64,000 nucleotides of DNA, taken from Gnetum montanum. Its lineage: Eukaryota > Plantae > Gnetophyta. Within the stretch, counting starts at the first letter, position 1, and each line of letters starts with the position of its first letter. The translations under genes and the position numbers were made by a program. Below are positions 12,615 to 24,500 of this stretch, piece by piece. The DNA is taken from contig MNCI01001727.1 in the NCBI GenBank assembly GCA_015680685.1, forward strand, positions 393,617 through 457,616. The letters are read 5' to 3'. The notes below the pieces were generated by a model, which saw nothing but the letters and a program-made list of their open reading frames with translations, was not told the DNA's origin and made no database searches.

Positions 12615-13758
12615 TGCTTGTTGACCTGAAGGTGATTGATATGGTCATGCAAGAAGCGATGGCTAAGGCCACAGCAAAGATTATGTGCCTAGAAGCAAGG
12701 AAAGCAGAGATTGTAGTGATGATGAAAGCCACCTTGGAGGTGGCAGCGGCAAAGGAAGCAAAGGTCACTAAGGAGGTGGCAGCGCAAGCTCAACAAGAGG
12801 AGCAGCTCTTGTTGGAGGCTAAATGGTAGGCAAGAGAGGAGGAGTTCTACCACAAGATGGCCCTAGCTAAGAGTCAGTTTGTTGAATAGAAGCATGAGGT
12901 AAAGAGGCATTGAAATCTCCAAGAGTCAGCGAACCGGGTAGTGCTTGAGGACACACTGTGGGAGCAAATCTGTATCGAGATCGTTCAAGAGGAGTAGCAC
13001 AGAGTTGAACAAGAGCTTGCGAAATAGGAGCAATGTAAGCAAGAGTAGAGGAAGGCGTAGGAACTCCAACGATAGAATGATTGTGCCCATGAGCAAAATG
13101 CTTAAATGTGGTTAAAGATAGGAAAATGCCCATATGTGGTTATGGACATTAACTGCAACATGTCTTGGTTGGCTCTATGCTAGCACATCCACAAAACTTC
13201 ATCTTGATGGGACAAATACAGCTAAGGAGTGAGCATGAAGGTTGAGGCCTTAAAAGACTTCCAGCAGGCTACTACATTTGTGGACACTGAGTAACACAAA
13301 GAAATTCTGGATGCCATTCATGCCCAAGAATGTGCAACTTGTCATTGTATTAGGCTTTCTAGATATCTTTAGGCTCTTGGTCTTTTGTTGTTCTTTTTTT
13401 GTCAATCAAGTGGATGTTTCCTTGTTTTGATTGAGTTTTGGGTTTGGTCCTTGGGTCTCATTTTTGGGGTTTCTACTGGTATTTTGAGAATGGAGGGACC
13501 CACATTAGGGGGATTGTTCTTTTCCTTGTTTGCTTAATTAACTCGACCCACATTAGGGGGGTCTTTCTTTAACTTGTTTGCTTAATCAACTCTAATCGTG
13601 AGGTGTTTGCCCCCCTTCCAAAGGGTGGTTTGATGGGGATAATACAGAGCTTCACTGCTTCTATGTCACTTTGGTTCTGTTTTTCATTGTATATATCACA
13701 ATTTTCTTAATATAATTTTCCCAATCTCTTTTCAAAAAAATAAAAATAAAAATAAAAA
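12615..13758 (+). mobile_element. 5'-truncated LINE copy A (only the coiled-coil/His-Cys tail of the ORF2 extension, 3' UTR and A-rich tail)
   Basis: TSD TTCAACTCA at 12606-12614 and 13759-13767; A-rich tail ~13734-13758; peptide QATTFVDTE*HKEILDAIHAQECATCHCIRLSRYL* matches the end of LINE copy B. Confidence 0.8.
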
Positions 13759-14531
13759 TTCAACTCACTTTCCTAACATCTCATGTTTGCACAATGAGAG
13801 AAATGCAGCCCTAGACAAGCACCATTTAGCAATGTTTAAAACTTAATAGTTGTCTCAACAAAACCCACACCCCTTCAACAAAATTTCCAACAAACAATGC
13901 CCACTTTTATTTACCAACATGGGTACAGTCATGATCAAATTTCAAATATGCATAAGTCCTTATATTACATAAATACTCAATGGATCTTGTAGTCCACACA
14001 AGAAGAACATAGGTGTTTAATAAAATGGTAGGGTATTAAGCACTCCAAAAGGTAAACCATTGCTGCCCACAAAAGAGATCATTGACGTTCAATAAAGTTA
14101 GATATTTGGGTTAATTTTTCATGTCTTATTGACTACTTACTTCACCTTTAATATGCATTTTGCTATGCCTCTAGCTAGCATTTGATGTATACATTAGAAA
14201 ATGCTACCAGAATTAATGGCTTCACAGTATAACTAGTTACTCAACAAAACTTCAGTACTTATGAAGTTATTAACAAGCTGACCTTGTCTTGTAGATTTAA
14301 ATAGACACTTCGGCATTGTATTCTATACAAATAAGGTTCAAAGATGTCTACCTGAAGCTTGATTGTCATGAGAAAATTTAGAGGTAATCCAAAATCAAAA
14401 TGATCTTTAAAATATTAAAATGCACAGAAAAATCAAATTGGTTTATTTACATTAATGTAATATGTCCTTTTTATTCACTCAATAAAATTCAAATCTAGTT
14501 TTCTTTCCCGCTCAAACCGACATGTTTTCCA

Positions 14532-14617
14532 GTGATGCCCATATACAGAATTTAATAATGCAAAGTACATAATTATCTATTGTGATGCCCATATACAGAA
14601 TTTAATAATGCAAAGTA
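14532..14617 (+). repeat. Short direct duplication (36 bp, period 50)
   Basis: GTGATGCCCATATACAGAATTTAATAATGCAAAGTA twice. Confidence 0.85.
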
Positions 14618-14674
14618 TATGTATCTTTAAACACAGTAATACTTTCACATTAGTCCCATCCACTTGAGGTATAA

Positions 14675-14804
14675 TCAGTATTCACCAGTACTAGTACAGT
14701 TTAGAATGTCACTAAGTGAAATGTTGCCTATGTCCTTTCTCACAAGAGAAGGCCCAGCCTCTACAAGCTTTTCCTCCGATAATGTTGTGGCCACTGCAAT
14801 GCGT
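14675..14804 (-). CDS. SOQ1: SOQ1-like exon 7 (ends at donor 14686 or reads to TGA at 14675-14677)
   Basis: tgcag acceptor; RIAVATTLSEEKLVEAGPSLVRKDIGNISLSDILNCTST-GEY*; possible donor G|GTGAAT. Confidence 0.82.
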
Positions 14805-15332
14805 CTGCACCAAATGAAATACTCAGAATAAAAAGAATTTCAAAAGCGATCATTTATATTTAAATAAAACAAAAAAATCATTAAGCTATATATGGTAGAA
14901 AAGTAATGACATGCAATGTTCCTTCATTTTGCTCAATTCAAGCAACAGAATATAGCAACATGGTTAGCACAACCTAGTCGTAAAAAAAAAAAATCAAAAT
15001 ATTGTGTTGACAGCTAACACCCGAATTCAAAATGAAATATTACATTGCTATGTCAAATAAATGTGGCTTGTTGGTAAGATTTATGACATAAATTCTACAC
15101 GTCAAAAGTACAGATGAATTCTATCCGATTGATCCCTACAGCTTCCAAATGAACATAATTATGAATATCAATAAATACAACTGCAGTTTCAGTTTTATAC
15201 AGGTGAGCAACATTTTTATGCATGCTGAAAGTAGTGGAATAACTAGACAGAAAAACACAAAATTAATGTTTAAATAAGTCAACAGCACCAGCAAAGCTAT
15301 GACATGCATGGTCGTAGGACTTGCATACTTGC

Positions 15333-15391
15333 CTCATTTTGGCAGCTTTGGCAGCTTCAATACCAGCAAATGCATCTTCAATAACTACACA
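15333..15391 (-). CDS. SOQ1: SOQ1-like exon 6
   Basis: tttag acceptor; CVVIEDAFAGIEAAKAAKMR (HAD motif IV); GC donor GCAAGT. Confidence 0.88.
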
Positions 15392-16479
15392 CTAAAACAC
15401 CATCCAAAAAATAATAATAAATGTATCATATACCAGAATCAGTAAATTGAGATTTTAGTGCTTACCAGTAAGAGAAAATTCAATATTAATCAGTTTTCTG
15501 AACAGGTAAAAAGAAAATTTTATAAATAAGAACATAAGAATTAATGTATAACTAGAATTGCCTTCGGATCGTAGAAATCAACCAAGAGATATAAATAAAA
15601 ATAACCATATGCTTTTGAAAGCAATGACAGTCATAATACATGAGATAACATTATCTTAAGAGACCAATACATTCATAACCTCATGCATAAGAATTTTGAT
15701 CTAGTATATTCAGATATCCGAGCAATCAGATCTCAATTTACATTTCACCTTTTTCCAAAATTTTAGTGCTAACCATCATTGTCTCTAGATTTCTTTCTAT
15801 CTCCTCAAAAGTTGAGCAATTTCTTTCCTATCAAAGTTCAAAGTCCACCTTCTAGCAAAGCACTTCCAAACTTTATCAGTTCATCATGCTCCAACAATCC
15901 ATCTCCTGATTATTATCCAAACTTTAAAATTTTGATTTCTGGATATATCCAAACTTTATTTCCAATATCAACAATTGGAGAGAAACGCATAAAGGTATGA
16001 TTGTCATCCACACAAAAGAAAAGGTATTTGTTAACCATCACCCATCCTCATTTCATCATTTGCTATTGAGATTTTCTTTCTATGTTATTCTAAAAAGCAC
16101 ATAAATGGATACCCCTTAGGAATTCAGCTCACTTTCTTCCAACGAACAGTGTATCAAGTCCTTTTCATATTGTCAAAGCACCGATACAAAGTGGTCCTTT
16201 TAAGAATTCCTCTGTTTGATTTGAATATTTTGCCTTCACCACATTCATTAATTTGATCAAACAATCTAAAAATGTGCTATTTGAAAACCACCTAAAGAAT
16301 ATCCTCCATCCTACCATAATCCTGGTATCTAATGACTGTAATGCTGAAATTCTATTTACATTATATGCAAGAGAATTAAGGATGAGAAAATTGAGCTGTT
16401 TTATCTTGCATGGATTCACTTCCACCCTTGACTTACTTAACAAAACTGATTAACCACATAATTTATTAATCATTCATGG

Positions 16480-17765
16480 ATTTGGGCACAGGTTTTGTTT
16501 TGTTGGTCATTTTGGGGCATGTGTTGAAAGAGTTGTCAATTTTAGAGGTTGGCAGCAAAATAAGGTTCATCTGAACTAGCTACATCAGAAATTTCAGCTT
16601 CATTGGAGTTGATTTTGACCACCACGAGTGACTAGAAGGTCATGTCTGCAATAACACAAGTCATGGTATTCTACCGCAGGTCATGGTGGCTGACAATAGG
16701 TCATGGTCAAATTGTGCTGTTATACTGTGAGCCCACCACGGGTCATGGCCTGTCAGAAACAAAGAAATATGAACTCTGAAAAAACCACGAGCAGGCCACG
16801 GGTCATGTTAAGGTTGTGGTGAATGTTCTGGCCTCTGTGGTACCTCCTATACTTCAAATTTGGTCCCATGAGTGGACAATGAGTCATGGGACTGTGGAAA
16901 TCTCAGACCACAAGTGGACCAAGAGTACTTGTGGTCTCTAACCACATGTTGTGATGAGGTCATGGTTGTTCACCATGATTCATTGTGAAGCCATGGTTGC
17001 CTGGAAATGTCTCTGTGTTCACCAAGAGTTGTGTTAAAGTTGTGGTTCTACAGAGAATAGAGAACAACTCTGAAACAAAAGTTTGGAAGCAATCTAAGCA
17101 AATATGAGGCTTTAAACTTGACAATAAAGGCTAGAAGCATGCTACACAGCCTCTAAACATAGTGAGGCAAGCTTGAATTGAAAGATAAACATTAAATGAG
17201 CCCTGAATTCAACATATGTGTGCAAAATGCACCAAACCCACAAAAACATGCATAAACTCTTAAATGTTTAGTTAATTCACTTCAAATGCTTTTAGGAACA
17301 TAAGACAAACATAGGAAAGACTTTCACAAGCTAGAGAAGCTTGGAACAAGCTCATGCACAAAGATTTATGAGCTTTTACATGAAATTGACATAGAAGGGG
17401 CTGAAACCCTTCAACATGAACATGAAACAAGGAAGAAATCAGCTTAAATTGGCAAATGGGGAGTGGATCCCATGAAACAGAATATAAAACCACTTTTAAA
17501 TTCTTCAATTCTTCATTACTAACATGAGGAAACATGCAGTTAACTTTAGAAACTTGTGAAAAAAATGAAAATGAGACATGCTTGCAAAAAACATGTGAGA
17601 ATGCCTGAGATGTGAGAAATTATGGGAAAAACACTTGTGAGAACCTGGGAGAAGAACCCATGACTTTAGTTTATGTTCTATAAGCTCTATGTCTTATACC
17701 CAAAACAAAATAACTTAAGACATAGCAACACACCAAGTAAAGGGATCAAAACCTGGGTCGTTACA
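16480..17765 (-). mobile_element. LTR-like fragment (Gypsy chromovirus/Tekay-type start)
   Basis: Minus strand begins TGTAACGACCCAGG at 17765; cluster of degenerate CCACGGGTCATGG-type motifs at 16620-17050; left end not defined. Confidence 0.5.
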
Positions 17766-17868
17766 TCTTTCCGCACCTTCCTCTTGGAAGATTTCAAGTA
17801 GTTGGAGAATAACTTGCACTAAAAACTTAAAGGCATGCCCTGACCACTATACATGCAGATTTATTTTG

Positions 17869-17912
17869 ATACATACATATATACATACATACATACATAC
17901 CCACACACACAT
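17869..17912 (+). repeat. (TACA)n/(CA)n microsatellite
   Basis: atacatacatatatacatacatacatacatacccacacacacat. Confidence 0.9.
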
Positions 17913-18016
17913 ATAATGCATCACAAGGCATCATGACATTATTCTAAGGCAAATGTTGATAATATAAACAAATTATAATACTGATCATTCTCTCAAAAAA
18001 AAATATAAACAAATTA

Positions 18017-19290
18017 TGAGAACGGTGAGGATGACAGTGCAGCAGGAGCAAAGGATGGCAATGTTTAAGGTGAATAGGGTGGTCTGCACAGCAAGCAGGG
18101 AGAACAAGACAAGAATATAGCTACGGAGGAGCAAAGGAGGACCATAGAAGCATCAAAGGTGACACAAGCCATAGTTTGAATGACCATAGCAGCAAGGCAT
18201 GCCAAGAAGATGGTGGCCAGGAAGAGGATAGACAAGGTCCCCAATTTCATATAGTTCAACAAACTTATGAGGACACAGAGAGGAGGTTGGACATTCTGAT
18301 GAGCAGGGAGACACCGATGGCTTCGGCAGCTTTGAGGATGTTAGGGCACATGCAAACCATAACAGGTCTTCACACCCAAGCAAAGGAGGTAATAGAACAA
18401 CATCAGTAAAGAATGGGAAACTCCACCTGTAGGTGAAAGCATGCAAATCCTAAAGTGCAATTTGATCAGTAAGTTTGTTTCTGCCAATGTGCATCCTAAA
18501 ATTAAACAGGTTAAGTGTTGGATCATGTCTTCCTAAGGTGTTGCAATGGTTGAAGCTAGTGTTCTTCCAAGAGATCTCTTACTTTTTATTTATTAGTCCC
18601 TAGAAGATCAGGAAAAGCCTTAAGGAGGCCCCTTGATTTTGTCATCACCAATTGACATGCAAGATCTCACAAAGACCCTAACCTCTTTGATAAGGTTTAG
18701 GTCTAGATTCAGATCTTTAGGTGTTCTTAGCAGTTCTAGTACAACTCCTTTTTATCCACACTTGTAGGGTTTTTTATTGAATTTATTTCCTTGACAGGTT
18801 CATTGTATTGCAAGCTAGAATGGGATATGCTCGCTACTATGTTTAGAGATCCCTACAAAAGCATAAACTCTTGCATAAAATCTGCTTAGAGATGCCATCT
18901 AAGGAGGAGATTTTACAAGTTGAGTATGAAAATATCCCTACGGATAACAAACCCAAGGCTTTGGCCCTTGGAAACAAACGGCAAGCTCCTACTAGGAATA
19001 GAAACACTTTTTCAACATCTAGGAAGAATAACAATGGTCCAAGCCATGCAAGCTTGCAAGGCTATGATTTCTATGGTAAGCCCTAATCAAGCCAAAGATT
19101 GTTGAGCTCAAATGAGGAAAGAAGTTCAAGCCAACACAATACAATCAAGTTGACAAATTGTTAGGCAGAAGGGCAAAGTCCAAACAACAACTCCTCTAAA
19201 GCTAGGCACTAAGGTCAAGATGCCTTCAGCAATACCAACCCCAAGAAACTTAGAGAAGATGAATACGGGGAACCAGTTCTCTGCCGTCAT
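18017..19290 (+). mobile_element. LINE ORF1 (DUF4283-like) remnant
   Basis: QILKCNLISKFVS...VKCWIMSS*GVAMVEASVLPRDLLLFIY*SLEDQEK aligns with ORF1 of LINE B (EHSLIGCFVS...WGVGAVDVRSLSEDLLLFISSTKEDR). Confidence 0.6.
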
Positions 19291-19301
19291 GGACCAAGTT
19301 G

Positions 19302-20300
19302 TGTAGTGTCCTACATTTGTACATGTGAACTTAATACTCTATTAAATACTTTACTTTAACTTATAGCATATATAGATGTGCCTAATACTTCCAAATAATA
19401 TGAAGACTTTTGATTGGGTGACATAAGCAAGATTTCTATTTATTTCTAATTTCTTTCTAGTTATTTATTATTTTTAGTTAAAATATATATTTTATTGATG
19501 AATGAGCATGGCAAACTCTAGCATTATTTTTTAATAATGCTAGGAAATTAATGTAATGTGGATCCATGGTTTATTTTGACATTTAGTTAGATTTTTTAAT
19601 TTATTGAATATTTAATTAATTAAAATACATCAAAAATTCAAAGTTGCTAGATTGTGCTCGAATTTGGTGGGCTAACTCAATTTTACACCTAAAGTATAGA
19701 TTTAAAATTAGTTTCGAGATTTTGAGATTTTAACATTCCATGATTTAAAAAGGACCTTGTGGGACCATATTTTCCTTAATTTGATTAAAATATTAATTTC
19801 TAACATGTTAGCTATGCCATGTTTGTGCTTATTACGACTGGCTCAACATGCATAAAATATTGGATATGCAGAAAGTTTAGTATCAATGATTTTTACTAGA
19901 TAAATTATAGGAAATATGGAAAATTAATAAGAGGCCAAAAATAAATTGAAACCCCTCATAGCTTATAAAGTAAAAAGTGACTTAAAACAAGACAAAAAGA
20001 TGGAGTCATAAGACAAGTCAATGTGGGATGGTGATGTATACTTTATGACATGCTTACGATGACATCTATTTTTTTTAATATGCCAATTGTCCACTTCATA
20101 TTAATTGCTAGAAAAAGAACAAATGACTCATTTAATAGAGGCCATGTGACTCTATTGAGTGTTGTCACTGTCGCATGTCCACTCCCTCATGAGAGCTTGC
20201 TTGTCCAAGTCAAGTAGCAATGATACCATGAATAAAAAAAGGATTTTTGAAGAATGGGTTATCTAGTCTTTGCCCATTGTGTAAACTTTTGTGCACAAGT
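19302..20300 (+). repeat. AT-rich interspersed repeat, LTR-like start TGTAGTG (copy 1)
   Basis: Colinear over ~800 bp with 41336-42130; right end approximate. Confidence 0.7.
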
Positions 20301-20639
20301 CTTTATCCAACCCTTAGGGTCTCCTCCATCCAATAAATAGAGGGTGGTTTGCTCTCATTTTCACCTTTCCCATGTAAGAAGAGATTATGCTAGTTTGAGG
20401 TGTGAGGAGTTGAGGAGAGGAGGATAGTGGTTTCTCCTTGCTTGTTCTCAACCACCTCTTGGACTGTCTTGAGTGGTCTTGGGCTCTTGGAAGGCTGATC
20501 TTGCTGCTGTGGGTGGAGGTTTTTTTGACGGATCCAAAGGATTGTTTTTTCTTATTTTTGTAAGAGGATTTTGGCAGCACCTTAGACTTGCAATTTAAAG
20601 TTGATTCTTGAAGCAACCAGCCGGACAAAAAACCAAGCT

Positions 20640-21140
20640 TGCACTATCCTCTACCTCCCCAAAATGGCCAACTCGTTTCTATAGGTGTGTTTCCAAACCC
20701 TTGCTGTACAGAATTTTTATTAGTAGGTGCTTTTTCTTGTAATGGCTTGGACAAGTGAAGATTGTTTCATGAGGGCATGTGGTATTTCTTGCGAGTTGTG
20801 ACTCATGGAGTCTTTCCTATATCTTGGATCTAATTTTTGGCATGCATGTATTGGACTCATGAGTTAGCATTTTCTTTGTGTCATGTGCACTTGGCATTTC
20901 ATGCTTTTGCGATCATTTATTTTTAAAATGCCCCCCATCATTCTGTCCAAGGTTGGTAATCTCTTATGTGGGCTGGACGGGGTTAGTTCTTGGAGGCACT
21001 CAGTGGTGTTAGCCCCCACAATTTTATCCAAACCTCGTGTTCTTCTTGTGTGGGCTACAAGATGTTGTAAGGTTGGAGGGACTTGGTGTATCACAACTAA
21101 ATGTTCAAAGGGTCCATTGAGTACTCGTTAATAAATAAAA
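20640..21140 (+). mobile_element. LINE ORF2 3' remnant (zf-RVT-like)
   Basis: CVMC...CDHLFLKCP across a frameshift near 20876-20935; ends in TTAATAAATAAAA. Confidence 0.45.
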
Positions 21141-21545
21141 GGAATTATGCATATTGGTGATTTTTGGTGTCTTTTGCATATTGGAAAGTCGAGTGCACAT
21201 GCTCTATTTTGTTGAGCATTTTGTGTTCATTTTTTGAGGGGTTTTCAACAAAGTCATCATGTCCCAACTCATTGTTAAATGGTCCTTCATTCAAGCTTAT
21301 ATTTCTCTCAATGTGAAAACATGGGAAGCTGGAAAAGTTTAATAATGAGATTTCAAAAATTTAATACAATGTTAACTCATCGTGGCAGTCAAGATTAGTA
21401 CATATCAGATTTTATTGTTCACATGGCAGTCAAGATTAGTGCATATCAGATTTTATTATTTTCTTTCCTTTCCATTTAGCATAAGAGCACATGGAATTTT
21501 GCTACTTATCTGCTCCAAAAATCAAAATTCTAATTCTGTAATGAC

Positions 21546-24500
21546 TTTTTTTGAGAGAGAATGTTCAGGTTTTAAATTAAATTACCAGAGAAAAAAGTAA
21601 TGTTACAGGAAACGTGCCAACAGAGGTGGCCAACATGGAAAACACCTGTGATCAAGAGGGGAATACCTCGAGTAGCGGTTCTCCAAGACAACCCCCGCCC
21701 CCCACAAAAAAAACTGAAATCAGACACCAGGGGCTCACAACGTAGACCCACAACACAAAAACAAGGCCAGATTGGCCATCTAGAGACAACAGGAAAAGCA
21801 ACCCAACAGGCAGGAGGGGGATCACAGGTGTCCAGGCAACCTATGACATGCATAGTGTGGTCGCTCAAGAGCATGGAGTATATCCAATGTATTATGATGC
21901 AATTCAGAATCTATGAAACTAACGGCCTGCTAAATTGCCTGCATGGTCACCTCCCGACAACTCTGCTCCTCGGCCAACGTCCCCCCGTCCGAGTGGAAGC
22001 ATGTGGACATATAGTGTATGTGTCGCTGGAGCACCCCCCACGAGCAATCATAATTTAGGCCCAGCACAACATATGGGCATCTCCCCTCCCTAAGCCATTG
22101 TCATGCGTTGTATTCATGCACTCAGTCTAGTTGCCTTTGTCTTTGTCACTCCTCTTCTTGCTCCCGATCTTGTTGCACCCCTTCTGCCCTCTCGTGCTCT
22201 CTACAGGCTACCTCCTCCTACAACAACTCCTCCCGAATCTAGGCACAAAGCTCATCTGCCAACCTGGCCCAAGCTGCCTCTGCCATCAAGGTTTGTTGTT
22301 GAAGCAGCTCCTACTCCCACTCCTGAAATTGGGCTTCCAGGCTCGCCTGCACTTGAGTGAGGGTTTCCTCTCATCTAGCTTCCCAATCTCATCTTTCATC
22401 GACTTGAGCAATGGCTGCCGCCTCCTCCACCAGACAATGGAGCTCCTCCTCCTGTAACAGGTCACATCCAACCTCTGTCTGCAGAAAAGTGTCTGCCACC
22501 GCCATAGGGTTTGAGACAGCCAATTCCCGAAGGCCAGCTTGCTTCTGTGAGTAAACCACTATGGGCGTGGCCCCCGACCAAGAGGACCCAGAGGGACCAA
22601 ACGGACCCACCTCGACCCTAAGGGCCTGGATGGCACCAGCCTCGACCACAACCCAGACGCCCCCCACCAAAGAGCCAAAATAAGCCCCGAGTGGCATCCT
22701 CTCTTCTGCTGCTGCAAGACAACTAGACAGAAGCAAGGCAAGTTAACCCTAGCTCCCAATTTCAAACATTTGAGGAAAGCAAAGTACATGCCCTAGAGTT
22801 TGGACCCATTGCCAAATTGGACAAAAAAACGGTCCACCAACTCAACAGTTTGAGCCCAAACATGTGGCAGAGTGGACTTGGGCACTTGTTGACTTGGCAT
22901 GCATGGCACCAGCCCAATGAAGAACATGTCAACATCCTATAACCCTCGAGTAGTGGGCAGAATGATTTCACCCTCTTCTTGGGCCCCCAAGTATTTGGCA
23001 ATCGTTGTTTCTCTAAGGGTGATTTCAACACCTCAGAAAAACATCTAGTTACCTTGCCAATTAGTAAAAAAAAAGGCATCATCTAGGAGGGTAGGGTCTC
23101 CCACTAGCCGCAGCAAGACATGGTCCCATCCACAGTGTTCCACCATCCCCCAGAGCTTAGTGTTTGCCTGAAACACCGCGCAGTTAGGCTCATAGGTTGG
23201 CATAACCTCCATCGCCGCCACCATCTCCTCCAACGCTCATGCAGCTTGTGAAGCAACCTGCATAGGTAGGGGCAAACGACGTTGTTGGAAGACTTTATGA
23301 TTTTTGGTTTTCCAAGCTTCCCATCAAAGTAAAGTGGCCCTAGAGTTTCTCGAGAGCATTGGGGGGGAGGCCAAGCCATCGTGTGCCACGTGGCATGCAT
23401 GTAGATACATTAAAAGGTGAAATGCAAGAGAGTCTCGGGCTCATTCCCGCAAAGCAGGTAGGTGGCGTCGATGTTGAAGTTGTGCCTTCTTAAATTCATT
23501 CAAATTGGCAGGGCGTTGCTTTCAAGAAGCCATAAGAAAACTTTCATTTTTTCCGACAAATGCCCCTACCATATCTACATCCAACCAGGTACCGATGGGT
23601 ACATGGTAGAAAGTAGTTGATGCGGCTCGCAATTCAACCACTCCCGCAACTACATTCGTTGTGCATGGACACAGAGTGTCTACCATGGCCTTGAGTTATG
23701 CACCCCCGACTACCATCAGATGTACTTGCCATTCATTATCCATATCCACTAGGCCATCTCCTCATCCTAGTGGGTGAATCTAATTAGTAGGCATTGCTGA
23801 CCAAGCATCATTTCATCCTCGAATTTAGAGACTCCCAGACCCCCCACGGCCCAAGGGCACGCAATCCAATCCTAGCTGGCCAAGTGCAATTTGCCACACC
23901 CCCCACCCCCCCACCCCCCCCCCCCCCCCCCCCCCCCCCCCNNNNNNNNNNNNNNNNNNNNNNNNNNNNNNNNNNNNNNNNNNNNNNNNNNNNNNNNNNN
24001 CCTGGATCATAGTCCATTGCATTGGGGGGGGAGGGGGGGGTGCCGCCAATGACCACAGCCACAAAATGTGCAATTGCTACTAGCACCCTTGATGCTAGCA
24101 CCAGCCACCCTTTTTGGGTAAGGAAATGGTTCGCCCACTTTCCTATCTGATTCTCAAGTGTCTCTAGAACTGCCCCCCAAGCCACACAACATCCCCAATT
24201 AAACAACAAAATGCCTAGGTAAGAATCCCAGAGCATTCTAGAAGGAACTCCCAAAATTTGCATAACCTGGCTCCTCACCTATGCGTCCACGTTGAGGAGG
24301 TGTACTGATGACTCCTCATGATTTACCACCAGGCCGAGTTCATCAGCCATCCATGTATGTGCCTAGTTAATGCCTTGCATTTGTGGGACCCCTGCCCGAC
24401 TGATCAACATAGTGTTCAGCCAAACACTCCACCCCAATGATTTTCAGGCCCCCCACTCCCGCAACCTTACAATAGTATCTCAAAAGATCCATACTAATGA

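Noticed and set aside
14283-14347. Possible exon 8 of the SOQ1-like gene (AG...GT-bounded, DIFEPYLYRIQ...)
   Set aside because: Splice-like signals are present but there is no similarity to SOQ1; cannot be supported without transcripts.
15780-16460. Possible minus-strand LINE ORF1 remnant
   Set aside because: Only faint similarity with many stops; too decayed to call.
23794-24073. Poly-Pro/poly-Gly ORFs
   Set aside because: Artefacts of a poly-C run and an N gap inside LINE B ORF2.
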